Assembly: GCA_964187785.1 (NCBI GenBank)
Contig: OZ076409.1
Span: 71,612,001-71,676,000, forward strand
From: Amphiscolops sp. MND2022
Taxonomy: Eukaryota
Direction: 5' to 3'
Length of the DNA stretch: 64,000 nucleotides
In this document: positions 39,679-54,427 of the stretch, one piece after another
Numbering within the stretch: position 1 is the first letter of the stretch
Layout of the letters: each line of letters opens with the position of its first letter
Position numbers and translations under genes: made by a program
Notes under the pieces: generated by a model
The model's database searches: none
What the model saw: only the letters and a program-made list of their open reading frames with translations
What the model was told of the DNA's origin: nothing

Positions 39679-42600
39679 GTGGGCGGGGGTAATTCCCCAA
39701 CTAAAAAATCGGCCGGCGGGTAGGGTCCTGCCGGCCGTCCAAAATCAAAAATATACTAGTAGAAAACGGCCGGTCAAACGAGCTATTTTTTTATTTAACC
39801 GTTAGAATTTGGGTTTAGATTGCATGCGGCCATGAAATGGCCATACGAATCGAAGTTCCTGCTGACGTTTTGCGATTGAAACACTTTATAAAAAGTTATG
39901 GCCAATTTGTCAGTCACCTAGAAGGGCAAAATGAGGAAAATTTTAACAAAGTCGCTGATAACTCAAAATGTGTTATTTTTTGGACTTTGACTGTGAAACA
40001 AGCTTGGAACCTTCATTTCGTGGCTGTGGCATTGCACTGAACGCAAAAGATGTAAAGTTTTTACATTTTTTGAAAATTTGACATTTTTGAAATTTTTTTC
40101 ACTACTATCAGTACCATATATGTCAAAAACACCTCAGAAAAAAAATTTTATTTGCTTTAACTTGGAAACCTTGGTATCCATGGTTTCTGTCGGAACCTAC
40201 TCGCAACCAAACAACCAACAGTTTGCATCCAATGTGAAAATAAAAAATTTTTCTGGGTCATAAGCGTTTCACAAGGATTTCTCAACTTAGTATTATTTTA
40301 CAAAATGGTCATTTTGAACACAATATTTTCATCGAGGCTTGTCGGCTATAGCCTTAATGTTCTAGAACGGTCCCACTGGCAACGTAGGAACCATTTATAG
40401 TAATAGAAAGTTTAAAAAATATATTATCACCCTGTCTTCAGTCATTTTTCTGTCATTCGGAACTTAACTTAGAAAAATTTCGACCAAAATACCCATTTTT
40501 TGACAGATCGAAAATTCAAATTCAACTTTTTAAGCAAAATTATTAACTCTGACGTAACCAGTGGGGCTCATGATACTCAAAAACACGATTGGGACTGGTA
40601 CCAATGGCTCCAATATCATATGAGCCGCGATAAGACGTTATTTTGAGCAATACGTCTCAATTGAGGGAAACATCTCGCAAGCCTGGGATCACAGTTAAAA
40701 GTGATTTCGTCAAAAATTTACTCTTTTTCGTCAATCACTATGTACACAGAGTGCGTAGGGTGAGTTTCAGCACTATAATGCGGTTTTTGAAGGAATCGGT
40801 CTGCTCAAGGGGTGGTATGAGACATTTTTTTTGCATGTAGTACTATATTTCTCAAAACTTTTAGCCCATTATCTCGAAAAGCTCACTTCGCAAATTACTT
40901 TCAGTTACTCTATTCGAAGCTTAGAATATATATGAACACTGTGGTTGATCAGAAACTCTTGACTATTTTGTTTTTGGAAAAAAACTGCCTTGCATGTGTT
41001 ACATTAGTGGCAGGAAAAATACCAGTAGCTCCAAAAATCACAATTTTGGACGGACAGACCTGCAATGATGCAAAGCAAAAACGTTTCAACAACTTCTGGC
41101 GCCACTTTTTTTACCCAAGAGGTTCGAAATTACTATTAACAATGCTGACATTCGCTATAAATAAGATCGAGGTCAATTTACTAACACTTAGGTTATACAT
41201 TTATATCTGAGAAACCATTCTTTGTCAGGTCGCAATTTTAAATTTAGTTTGGGAAGCAATACTTTTCACTCTGAAGCAAACCGTTGGGCCCAAATTACTC
41301 AAAAACTACAAAAAGACTGTCACCATATGCCCTAATAGCATATGAGATTCGACCGTTCGTTTTTAACACAAAAACTCTCATCCGAAGTAAACATGTTGAA
41401 AGCCTTGAATCACCGTGAGAAATGATTTCATCAAAAAATATTCCTTTTTCGTCAATCTTTATCTACACAGAACACGTTGTGTCATTTTCAGCCGTGAAAT
41501 GAGCTTCTACCGTAATATGGGTTGCTCAAGGTGTTGTATAAGACAAAAACTTCCTCTTTTCTACTATCTTCTTCAAATATTTCAACCCTTTGTCACAAGA
41601 AGTTAATATTCAAAATCTCTTTGAAATGTTTCTTTAGGTTGGGGTGAAGTGTTAGAACAATAATTATGATCGAAGAATGATAGTATTGGTGTTTGGACCA
41701 TGTCCGGATGAACAAATTGCAAAATCATGAAAAATTTCTTACCATTTTTGGTCATTTTGTCAGTACTAAAAATGTTAGCTGAAAAAGAATTTTTTTGATG
41801 GCACCATTGGATTCCTCTCAAAAAGTTAGCTATATGAACTGTGTAATAACCCCGTATCTTTTCAATTTAAATAATTTTAAAAAGCAAACTTTTTTGACTA
41901 AAATCCTAAAAATCATACCCTTTCCTAAAAAATTTCAAATGCCCCCCATTTGACGTATAAGAATAGCACAGAAAACTATCACATACCGATCGACTCTACT
42001 TTCATTGTAGATTACCAGAATTTTGTTTAGAACAATTTTTGACGGATGCAAAAAAAATTTAAACCCTCCAAAAAAGGGCCAAAATTACACGAAAAAATTG
42101 ACCTTAAAATTTTAAAATGTCGAAAAATCATCAAAACCACAGCTTCTTGGGGTTCTATCAACTCCACGTGGTCCACAGAGTATGTTAAAACAAGTTTTAC
42201 CCGTATTTGAGCAATATGTGAAAAAGCCGACTTTTTTGGGAATGAAAAACATACCATTTCCTAAAAAATTTCAAACGCACCCCATTTGACGTATAAGAAT
42301 AGCACAGAAAACTATCACATACCGATCGACTCTACTTCCATTGTAGGTTACCAGAATCTTGTTTAGAACAATTGTTGACGGATGCAAAAAAAAAATTAAA
42401 CCCTCCAAAAATGGGCCAAAATTACACGAAAAAATTGACCTTAAATTTTTAAAATGTCAAAAAATCATCAAAACCACAGCTTCTTGGGGTTCTATCAACT
42501 CCACGTGGTCCACAGAGTATGCTAAAACAGGTTTTACCTGTTTCTGAGCTATATGTGAAAAAACCGACATTTTGGGGAAGAAAAACATACCATTTCCTAA

Positions 42601-44441
42601 AAAATTTCAAATGCACGCCATTTGCCGTATGAGAATAGCACAGAAAACTATCACATACCGATCAACTCTACTTCTATTGTAGATTATCAGATTTTTGTTT
42701 AGAACAAATTTTTATGGATATAAAAAATTTTTAAACCCTCCAAAAATGAGCCAAAATAACACGAAAAAATGGACCCTAAATTTTTAAAATGTCAAAAAAT
42801 TATCCAAACCACAGCTTCTTGGGGTTCTATCAGCTCCACGTGGTCCACAGAGTATGCTAAAACAGGTTTTGCCCGTTTTTGAGCAGTATATGAAAAAGCC
42901 GACATTTTTGGGGAAGAAAAACATACCATTTCCTAAATAATTTCAAATGCAGGCAATTTGCCGTATGAGAGTAGCACAGAAAACTATCACACACCGATCA
43001 ACTCTACTTCTTTTGTAGATTATCAGAATTATGTTTAGAGTAAAGTTTTTTGGATATGAAAAATTTTTATACCCTCCAAAAATGGGCCAAAATGACACGA
43101 AAAAATTGACCTCAAATTTTTAAAATGTCAAAAAATTATCCAAACCACAGCGTCTTGGCGTTCTATCAACTCCAAATGACCTTCAGAGTATACCAAACCA
43201 GGTATTGCCAATCTTTTGAGCAATATTTAAAAACACCGACTATTTGGCAAGAACACCATAATATGTTCCATATAAGAAGTGAATCATTCCACATATATAC
43301 CCGGTCTAATATTTCCAAATTAGCGATAACATTTATACATGATGGTTTTTGAAAGTGAGCTTCATAAGAGGTTGAGATGTAATAATACGTAAATGGACCC
43401 TAAGTTTCATTGAAATCTCAATGGAATACGTCCAATCAACTTCAATCCTAACTATTATATAACAAAAAACACTTGAGTACATTCCATCTCCCCATCGGGG
43501 GAGATGAGAATGTACTTTTCAAAAGCCAAAAACTTCGAATTTTAAATCTTTTGTAACATTGTATGTAACTGTTGAAACGATGAACGAATAAAAATGCTTC
43601 TAGTACCTTCATCAATTTTTGCTTCAGCTCCTATTTCTGCAGAACAAAACCAAAAGACACACTTACAGCAGTTAAGTTCGATTGTATAACTCAGTGAATA
43701 AAGGTATGACTGAGGAAGTTCACAAGTTGTTTCAAAAGTTTCCGGCCTTCCAAAATCATGAAACGTCCACACAACCAAGATAGCAAGTGAAAGAATGCTG
43801 AATGCACCTTATTAGATGAGATAAATAATGTGTGGAACTTGCCATTATCTCAAGATGACGTTGATTTATGATCTTTTAAGGATAGTTCGATATGTGACCA
43901 CAATAGTGGAAAACTTATTACTATTTGAAGAACACCGTGGAAAGCGTTCAGAAAGGACAGTATATTTGTTTCGAGCATGCATGCGTGTGTTCCTTTGGTG
44001 ACGTTAGCTTAGTGTACATGACGGAGGTATTCGAGAGATTATGATAGAGTTTACTCACAAGTCTTTGTTTTTTAAACTTTCTATGCCGTTGAGTACATTC
44101 GTAAGGTACATCCATCCCCTTCTCTGGGAATGTACGTTTGCCAAATGACTGTCATCCAAAATTCGTAATCCGGACGAGTTTAACTACATAAACATGTGAT
44201 GAGCGTTTTCAATTCACAACCGAATAACATTTTTTTTCTCGAAAATGATGATGGTTTTGATTTTGATGTCTTCTACTTTTATCATCATGCAAACGACCTT
44301 ACCATGTCTCTCTTCTGTCGTCATTTGTACAACGCCACATAGCGTTCCGACGCCCACCGTCTGTGGGCATGCCGAGGCATGCCCTTCGACGACGTATGCC
44401 AAATGAGCCATACCCGCACTCTGGAGTGCGGTAGCGGCTAG
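39679..44441 (+). mobile_element. Non-autonomous unit, family A1 (4763 bp)
   Basis: Near-identical to 12416-17176; CTAG at 44438-44441. Confidence 0.8.
41908..43265. repeat. ~336-bp tandem repeat inside A1
   Basis: Copy of 5915-7270; boundaries approximate. Confidence 0.9.
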
Positions 44442-46431
44442 GTGGGCGGGGGTAATTCCCCAACAAAAATTACGGCCGGCGGGTTGGGTCCTGCCGGACG
44501 TTCAAATAGCGCGAAGCATCTAGTAGAAAACAAGGAGTCCTGAAACAGCGATTTTAAAATTGAACCGTTAGAATTTGGTTTTAGATTGCATGCGGCCCTA
44601 AAATCCCCATACGAATGGAAGTTCCTGCTGGCGTTAAGCGATTGAAATAATATATAAAAAGTTATGGCCCATTTTTGGGTCACCGAGAAGGTCAAAATGA
44701 GGAAATTTTTAACAAAGTCGCTGATAACTCAAAATGTGTTAATTTTTGGACATTGACTGTGAAACAAGCTTGGAACCTTCATTTCGTGGCTGTGGCATTG
44801 CACTGAACACAAAAGATGTAAAGTTTTTACATTTTTTGAAAATTCGACATTTTTGAAATTTTTTTCACTACTATCAGTACCCCATATGTCAAAAACGCCT
44901 CAGAAAAAAATTTTTATTTTCTTTAAATTGGAAACCTTGGTATCCATGGTTTCTGTCGGAACCGACTCGCAGCCAAACACCCAACAGTTTGCATCCAATG
45001 TGAAAATAAAAATTTTTTCGGGGTCATAAGCGTTTCACAAGGATTTCTCAACTTAGTATTAATTTACAAAATGGTCATTTTGAACACAATATTTTCATCG
45101 AGGCTTGTCGGCTATAGCCTTAATGTTCTAGAACGGTCCCACTGGCAACGTAGGAACCATTTATAGTAATAGAAAGTTTAAAAAATTTTTTTTCACCCGG
45201 TCTTCAGTCATTTTTCAGTCATTCGGAACTTAACTTAGAAAAATTTCGACCAAAATACCCATTTTTTGTCAAGTCGAAATTTCAAATTCAGATTTTTAAA
45301 CAAAATTTTTAACTCTGACGTAACCCATGGGGCCCATGAAACTCAAAACCACGATTGAGACTGGTACCAATGGCTCCAATAACATATGAGTCGCGATAAG
45401 ACGCTATTTTGAGCAAAACATCTCAATTGAGGTAAAGATCTCGCAAGCCAGCGATCACTGTGAAATGTGGTTTCATCAAAAATTTACTCTTTTTTGTCAA
45501 TCACTATGTGCACAGAATGCGTACGGTGCGTTTCAGCACTATAATGAGGTTTTTGAAGGCATCGAGTTGCTCAAGGGGTGGTATGAGACATTTTTGTCCC
45601 ATATACTACTGTAGTTTCCAAAATTTTTACCCCAATATCTGGAAATACAAACTTGACAAAATACTTTCAACTACTTTATTCAAAGGTTACATTATAGATG
45701 AACACTGTGGTTGATAAGAAACTTTCATCTCTTTCGTTTTCGGAAATATTTCCGTTCGCATGTGTTACATTCATAGCAGAAAAAAAAATCGAAACTGAAA
45801 AATACGCTATTTTGCTGATATAGAATCGCAATGATTGTGCCTAAAAACTCTTTAAACACTTCTAACGCAACCTTACGCACCCAAATTGATCGATAATGCT
45901 ATTCACAATGGTGACATGTGCTCTTTCTACGATCCTGGCTGGACAAGGTTTGCATATTTTTCAAGTACCTGTCAGCTAAATCTTGTGATAGCCTTTTCAG
46001 TTGGCCTTGTGTCAACTTGGGAAGGCTATCACATCAAAAAACCATCAACAAAAATATTTTTTGTTTTATGAATCTTACAGTCGATACTTTTTTTCGTGAT
46101 TCTATATCACCGTTAGTATATTTCATCAGGTCACCTTACGATTGCATTCAATCTTTGATAAAAACCTATGAACTCAAAGTCACATTTATATATTTTTTTG
46201 CCAGAAAATAACATCAAAAATATCTAAAATATATAAAATAGAGTCTTTAACATTTTTACGTTTCAAGTTTTTGCCGTTATTAGGCCAATCAACGTCCTAG
46301 AGCCACATCCTGCCACATACTGTACAACGCCACATAGTGTTGCGACGTGCACAGTCTGTGGGCATGCCGAGGCATGCCCTTCGACGACGTATGCCGAATA
46401 CCGCGGGCCTACGCCCGCGCTCCCCGGCTAG
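44442..46431 (+). mobile_element. Non-autonomous unit, family B, mosaic (1990 bp)
   Basis: 5' and 3' parts resemble 31733-33720; the middle (~44700-45330) resembles A1 and 35709-37691. Confidence 0.8.
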
Positions 46432-48423
46432 GTGCGGGGGGGAAACCCCTTCCTTTATCTTGGAGGATTCGGGTAGGGTCCTGAATCCGAGTTCAGTGCC
46501 GCCAGCTCTCAGTAGAAATCTGGGAAATTTTTTGCGATCTCGGGATCTAACCATAGGATTTTAAAGTTGGAGCGGCCCCCACCAGATTTTCCAAAGTTAT
46601 TCGCCCCCCACCGGGTTCCAGCGTGATTGAAATATTTTGTCGGGGTACACGGGCGACCGTTAGGGGTCATTTTAGGGGTAAAATTCATATTGGGCCACAT
46701 AACTTTTTTTCTGTTGATTTAAAACTTTAGGACCCTGCTAAAAGTTTCTTGACCATGTTGCAGGGGCCCCGGAGGTCCAAACCAAATTTTTCTATCTTGA
46801 AGCTATCTCCAAGTACCCCCCCGCCCAAACCGTTATTTTTCCGGAAACGCCGGTTTTTGACCCGGAAGGAGTCGTCTGAGCGCGGGGTCGTTAGGTGATG
46901 TTTTGGGGACGGCCTCGAGACGAAGCGGGGGATATATAGTTTGCCGATCCCAGTTTACCCCCCGCACGGGAAATGACCGTTATATGAGCGGGAAAAATGC
47001 CCCCCTCCACGTTTTACCGCTATTTCCGGTGTGAAGGAGTGGGAGTAGCGCGTCGGGTGTTATATAACAAAAGTAGGTTTAGACAAGGACCTATCGGAAA
47101 CATGTAGTTTGGGACCCCCTGGACCAACCCGTTAGCGAGAAATGGGGCTTCCGCCTCCTTTTTTTACTGCTAAAACCGTAAAATGGGCATTGAGGGGTAA
47201 ATATCTCGTGAACGCGTGGAGCAATCGTGTCCATCACTACTACAAGGTTTCATACCCATGATATGGTGCCTTCAGGGGGGCAAACAGATTTCCGCTATCT
47301 ATCACCGTTACCGACTTGGCCCCCCAGCCTAACCGCTATGTGACCGGAAATGTCACTTTTTGAGCCCAAAGGGTCGGTCCCAGCCGGGGAACGTTAGGTA
47401 ACTTATTGTAGTACTCAATAAGACGAGTTGGGGGATATAGTTTCAGTCACCCCCCGTTACCCCTTGGGACCGGAAATGACCGTTATGTGGGTAAAATTGC
47501 AATTTTTGTACTTTTTAAAGGACTTTTAGATGCGGAAGGAGTGGTAATAGGTGCTTGGACACTATATGATGTAAAAGAGGACGTGAGGCGAGCAATCGGA
47601 AATAACCGTTATGTTGACCCCTAAATCCCCCTGGTACCGTAAATGACCGAAAATGGTCTAATTTTGTGTTTATTGGGTACAAATGTTAGGTATTTTATTG
47701 ATTAAAGTACATGGAAGGTGTTTCAAAGGCCTCCAGAAGTGAACATCGTCATGAAACCTTGTGGGGGGTAACGGTATATAGCACCGGAAGTCCAAACCGT
47801 TGGTCACAGAATAGGTTTTTTGGTTTCAAAATGTCTTTAGTCGTAGTTTCGTGGGTTGAATCGTCATAATATCAACTATTACGGTTATTTTTCGGAAAAA
47901 AAAATTTTTCACATTAGTTTCAGGGACCTCTAATGCTTCAGTCAACATAACCGTTACTTTTTGATAGCCTTTCAAGTTGGCTTGGTGTCAACTTGGAAGG
48001 GCTATCCTTCTAAAATCGTTAATCAAGAGTGTTTTTGGGTAGGTATATGTTGCATTAGTACCAATTAGAGCTTCATCAACAGTTTGCCAACGGCAAAAAC
48101 GATGTCGTGATAATTCCGTTATAAGAATATTAATTACCAAATTGTTTACAAAGTTGATTTTTTTCATTTAAAAAGTGTCCTAATGCCACCAAATTGAGTA
48201 AAATAATAATGGTATTGACTAAAACTAAATAACATTGAAAAAGAAGATCAACATTTTTATTAGGTCTCATTATGGAAGCTGAAACCTCACGTTTTAACTT
48301 AATTAACGTCAACGCCACATACTTTACATCAACGCCCACCGTCTGTGGGCATGCCGAGGCATGCCCTTCGACGACGTATACCAAACAACCTCCATATCTA
48401 CACCCACCCGCGGTAGCAGCTAG
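46432..48423 (+). mobile_element. Non-autonomous unit, family C (1992 bp)
   Basis: C termini and body; CTAG at 48420-48423. Confidence 0.8.
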
Positions 48424-50416
48424 GTGCGGGGGGGTAACCCCTACAAAGATATTGGAGGATTCGGGTAGGGTCCTGAATCCGAGTTCAGTGCTGCCAGCTA
48501 TCGTTAGGGATTTGAGAAAATTTTGCCGATCTCGTGATCTAACCGTAGGATTTTAAAGTTGGAGCGGCCCCCACCAGATTTTCCAAAGTTATTCGCCCCC
48601 CACCGGGTTCCAGCGTGATTGAAATATTTTGACGGGGTACACGGGCGACCGTTAGGGGTCATTTTGGGGGTAAAATTTATATCCGGTTGCATAACTTTTT
48701 TCCTGTTGGTTTAAAACTTTGGGACCCTGCTAAAAGTTTCTTGACCGTGTTGCAGTGGCTCCGGAGGTCCAAACCAAATTTTTCTATCTTGAAGCTATCT
48801 CCAAGTACCCCCCCGCCCAAACCGTTATTTTTCCGGAAACGCAGGTTTTTGACCCGGAAGGAGCCGTCTGAGCGCGGGGTCGTTAGGTGATGTATTGGGG
48901 ACGGCCTTGAGACGAAGCGGGGGACATGTAGTTTGCCGACCCCAGTTTACCCCCCGGACGGGAAATGACCGTTATTTGAGCGGGAAAAATGCCCCCCTCC
49001 ACGTTTTACCGCTATTTCCGGTGTGAAGGAGTGGGAGTAGCGCATCGGGTGTTATATAACAAAAGTAGGTTTAGACAAGGACCTATCGGAAACATGTAGT
49101 TTGGGACCCCCTGGACCAACCCGTTAGCGGGAAATGGGGCTTCCGCCTCCTTTTTTTACTGCTAAAACCGTAAAATGGGCATTGAGGGGTAAATATCTCG
49201 TGAACGCGTGGAGCAATCGTGTCCATCACTACTACAAGGTTTCATACCCATGATATGGTGCCTTCAGGGGGGCAAACAGATTTCCGCTATCTATCACCGT
49301 TACCGACTTGGCCCCCCAGCCTAACCGCTATGTGACCGGAAATGTCACTTTTTGAGCCCAAAGGGTCGGTCCCAGCCGGGGAACGTTAGGTAACTTATTG
49401 TAGTACTCAATGAGACGAGTTGGGGGATATAGTTTCAGTCACCCCCCGTTACCCCATGGGACCGGAAATGACCGTTATGTGGGTAAAATTGCAATTTTTA
49501 TACTTTTTCAAGTGTATTTAGGTGCGGAAGGAGTGGTAATAGGTGCTTGGACACTATATGATGTAATGGAGGTCGTGAGGAGAGCATTCGGAAATAACCG
49601 TTATGTTGACCCCAAAGTCCCCCTGGTACCGTTAACGACCGGAAATGGCCAAATTTTGTGTCTATTGGGTACAAATGTTTGGTATTTTATGGATAAAAGT
49701 ACCTGGAAGGTGTTTTAAAGGCCTCCAGAAGTGAACATATTCATGAAACCTTGTGGGGGGTAACGGTATATAGCACCGGAAGTCCAAACCGTTGGTCACA
49801 GAATAGGTTTTTTGGTTTCAAAATGTCTTTAGGCATAGTTTTGTGGGTTGAATTGTCATAATATCAACTAATACGGACTTTTTTTGGAAATAAAATTTTT
49901 TCACATTAGTTTCAGGGACCTCCAATGCTTCAGTCAACATAACCGTTACATTTTGATAGCCTTTCTAGTTGACCTGGTGTCAACTTGGAAGGGCTATCCT
50001 TCTAAAATCGTTAATCAAGAGTGTTTTTGGGTAGGTATATGTTGCATTAGTACCAATTAGAGCTTCATCAACAGTTTGCCAACGGCAAAAACGATGTCGT
50101 GATAATTCCGTTATAAAAATATTAGTTAACAAATTGTTTTCAAAGTTGATTTTTTCCATTAAAAATGTGTCCTGATGCCACCAAATTGAATAAAATAATA
50201 AATGGTATTGACTAAAACTAAATAACAATGAAAAAGAAGATCAACATTTTTAAAAGGTCTCATTATGGAAGCTGAAACCTCACGTTTTAGTTTAATTAAC
50301 GTCAACGCCACATACTTTACATCAACGCCCACCGTCTGTGGGCATGCCGAGGCATGCCCTTCGACGACGTATACCAAACAACCTCCATATCTACACCCAC
50401 CCGCGGTAGCAGCTAG
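48424..50416 (+). mobile_element. Non-autonomous unit, family C (1993 bp)
   Basis: C termini and body; CTAG at 50413-50416. Confidence 0.8.
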
Positions 50417-52431
50417 GTGGTCGGGGTTTTCTCCCCACCTTTATTTGCGAGCGCGGGAGACGGGTCCTGTCGCGAGCCTTAGATACCAAAAATAGCCTAT
50501 CCGCGACCGGGTCAAAAAAATGCGATCTCGAAAACTAGCCGTACGATTTGGCTGAAATTTGGCACACGGCTTCCTATAACAATTCTAGGAAACATTTACT
50601 ACTGACGTTTTGCTGGCAAAAATCGAAAAGTGGGTCAAAATAACGGTTTTTGGGGTAAAAAGTAGCGTTTTTTTGAAAATTTTGCATTTCACAGCCAATT
50701 ACTCGGAAATGGTCGATCCAGCGCAGTAACGCCTTGCTGATTTATTGTTGGGCACGTCAAGAGGCGTACGTACACAAATTTTCGTCAAAATCGGACTGAA
50801 ACTTGGGGAGATATTAACGGTAGTTTGGGGGTTTCAAACCGCTATTTTACAGGAAATTGCACTTTTTGACCGGGAAGGAGTTGTCTGAGTGCGGGGTCGT
50901 CTGGTAATGTTTTGTAGAGCATCTGGGGACGTAGTGGGGGACATGTAATTTAATGACCCCGGTTAACCCCTCGGACGGGAAATGACCGTTATGTGGGTTT
51001 TAAATGTGGCCCCCGCCAATTTTCCCCGTTATTTCCGGTGTGAAGGAGTGGTAGTAGCGCGTCGGGTGCCTTATATCAAAAGTACGTTTAGACAAGGACC
51101 TATTGGAAACATGTGGTTTGAGACCCTTTGAACGGACCCGTTAGCCGCTAATGGGGTGACTGCCTCCTTTTTTTGGGGGTAATACCGTAAAACGGGCATT
51201 GAAGTGAAATTAACTCGTGAACGCGTGGAGCTATCGTGTCCTTCACTACTACAAGGTTTCATACCCATGATATGGTGCCTTCAGGGGGGCAACAGATTTC
51301 CGCTATCTATCACCGTTACGGACTTGGCCCCCCAGCCTAACCGCTATGTGACCGGAAATGTCACTTTTTGAGCCCAAAGTGTCGGTCCCAGCGTGGCAAC
51401 GTTAGGTAACATATTGTAGTACACATTGAGACGAGTCGGGGGATTTAGTTTCAGTCACACCCTGTTGGCCCGTTAGGTCGGAAATGACCGTTATGTAGTG
51501 AAAAATGGGATTTTTATAGTTTTTGAAGGCCATTTCGGGCAGGAAGGAGGGGTAATATGACTTTGGACACCATATGATGGAAGACGTGAAGTGTGACGAG
51601 CATTCCGGATTAACCGTTATGATGACCCGGAAGTCCCCCTGGCCCCGGAAATGACCAAAAAAATGTAACATTTTGTGTTTTTTGATTAAAAATGTTTGTT
51701 ATTTAACCGAATAAAGTACATGTTAGGTGTTTCAATTTCTTCCAGAGGTGAATATAGTCCAATTACATGGTGGGGGGTAACGGTATATTGCCCCGGAAGT
51801 CCAACCCGTTGGGTCTGAGTATGTTTTTCGGGTTTTAAAATGTGTCAAAACGTACTTTTGTGTAATAAATCTCTTTTGTAGGCTAATAAGGACCATTTTT
51901 GAAGAGTTTAAATTTTTTCATAGTAGTTTGTGGAACACCAAAAACTTAAATAACATAACCGTTATAATATGATAGCCTTTCAAGTTGGCCTTGTGTCAAC
52001 TTGGAAAGGCTATCCTTCAAGACTCATGCAACAAAGAAGTTTTTGGGTACATTTGTATTGCTTTAGTGTCAATTAGAGTATCAACAAGAGTATACCAAGC
52101 ACTAAAATTATGTCTAGTTTTCGTTATTAGGATATTAGTTTCCTTAATATTTGTCGGAAATGCTTTTTTTAATCTCTTTTAATGTGGTCTAAATACTCTG
52201 AAAACACTTTATCGAACCAATTTTCTTGGATGAACCTTAGTAACAATACTAAAAATCGTAGACAACCTTGCTTCGTTTAAATATTTGAAGCTGAAACCGC
52301 ACCTTACCGTTGCTCAAACTTCAACCCGACGCCCCATAGCATACATCAACGCCCATCGTCTGTGGGCATGCCGAGGCATGCCCTTCGACGACGTATGCCA
52401 AATACCTTTAACCCGACGCCCGCAGTCCTGG
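50417..52431 (+). mobile_element. Non-autonomous unit E, divergent relative of C (2015 bp)
   Basis: Unique 5' ~450 bp (GTGGTCGGGG.., GGGTCC at +45), C-like central body, GGCATGCC hairpin, ends CTGG (52428-52431). Confidence 0.75.
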
Positions 52432-54427
52432 GTGCGGGGGGGTAACCCCAACAAATATATTGGAGGATTCGGGTAGGGTCCTGAATCCGATTTTAACTCT
52501 AATAGCTATCGATAGGAAATCTTGCAAAAATTTCGGGATCTCGTGATCTAACCATAGGATTTTAAAGTTGGAGCGGCCCCCACAAGATTTTCCAAAGTTA
52601 TTCGCCCCCCACCGGGTTCCAGCGTGATTGAAATATTTTGTCGGGGTACACGGGCGACCGTTAGGGGTCATTTTGGGGGTAAAATTCATATTGGGCCACA
52701 TAACTTTTTTTCTGTTGATTTAAAACTTTAGGACCCTGCTAAAAGTTTCTTGACCATGTTGCAGGGGCCCCGGAGGTCCAAACCAAATTTTTCTATCTTG
52801 AAGCTATCTCCAAGTACCCCCCCGCTCAAACCGTTATTTTTCCGGAAACGCAGGTTTTTGACCCGGAAGGAGTCGTCTGAGCGCGGGGTCGTTAGGTGAT
52901 GTATTGGGGACGGCCTTGAGACGAAGTGGGGGACAAGTAGTTTGCCAACCTCAATTTACCCCCCGGACGGGAAATGACCGTTATATGAGCGTGAAAAATG
53001 CCCCCCTCCACGTTTTACCGCTATTTCCGGTGTGAAGGAGTGGGAGTAGCGCGTCGGGTGTTATATAACAAAAGTAGGTTTAGACAAGGACCTATCGGAA
53101 ACATGTAGTTTGGGACCCCCTGGACCAAGCCGTTAGCGGGAAATGGCGCTTCCGCCTCCTTTTTTTACTGCTAAAACCGTAAAATGGGCGTTGAGGGGTA
53201 AATATCTCGTGAACGCGTGGAGCAATCGTGTCCATCACTACTACAAGGTTTCATACCCATGATATGGTGCCTTCAGGGGGGCAAACAGATTTCCGCTATC
53301 TATCACCGTTACCGACTTGGCCCCCCAGCCTAACCGCTATGTGACCGGAAATGTCACTTTTTGAGCCCAAAGGGTCGGTCCCAGCCGGGGAACGTTAGTT
53401 AACTTATTGTAGTACTCAATGAGACGAGTTGGGGGATACAGTTTCAGTCACCCCCCGTTACCCCTTGGGACCGGAAATGACCGTTATGTGGGTAAAATTG
53501 CAATTTTTGTGCTTTTTCGAGGGCATTTAGGTGCGGAAGGAGTGGTAATAGGTGCTTGGACACTATATGATGATAGGGAGGACGTGAGGCGAGCATTCAA
53601 AAATAACCGTTATGTTGACCCCAAAGTCCCCCTGGTACCGGAAGTGACCCGTAACGGTCAAATTTTGTGTTTTTAGGGTACAAATGATTAGAATTTTATG
53701 GAAAAAAGTACCTGGTCGGTGTTTCAACGGCTTGCAGTAGTGAACATAGTCATGAAACCTTGTGGGGGGTAACGGTATATAGCACCGGAAGTCCAAACCG
53801 TTGGAGACAGGATAGGTATTTTGGTTTTAAAATGCCTATAAGCGTACTTTTGTGGGTTGAATCGTTTCAATATCGACTAATTTGGGTATTTTTTTGACAT
53901 TGAAGGTTTTTTCAATAGTTTCAGGGACCTCCAATGCTTCAATCAATATAACCGTTACCTTATGATAGCCTTTCAAGTTGGCCTGGTGTCAACTTGGAAG
54001 GGCTATCCTTCGAAAATCGTAATTCAAGTTTGTTTTTGAGTACGTTTTTATTACTTTAAAATCAATTAGAGCCTAATCATTAGTTTGCCAACGACAAAAA
54101 CTATGACGTGATGATACCGTTAGTAGAAGAATAGTTAACAATTTGTTGACAAAATTGATTTTTTGCATTTTAAATGTTTCCTAAATGCCAGGAAAACAAT
54201 TTATCTAATGAATGGTACTGATTGAACCCAAGTATCATTTGAAAAAAAGTTAAACATTGTTTTTTCGTTTCATTATGGAAGCTGAAACCTCACGTTTTAG
54301 GTCACTTAACGTCAACGCCACATACTTTACATCAACGCCCACCGTCCGTAGGCATGCCGAGGCATGCCTTTCGACGACGTATACCAGATTCCACCCACAC
54401 AACACCCTCGAGCGCGGTAGCAGCTAG
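52432..54427 (+). mobile_element. Non-autonomous unit, family C (1996 bp)
   Basis: C body; terminal hairpin variant AGGCATGCC-GA-GGCATGCCT as in U0; CTAG at 54424-54427. Confidence 0.8.
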
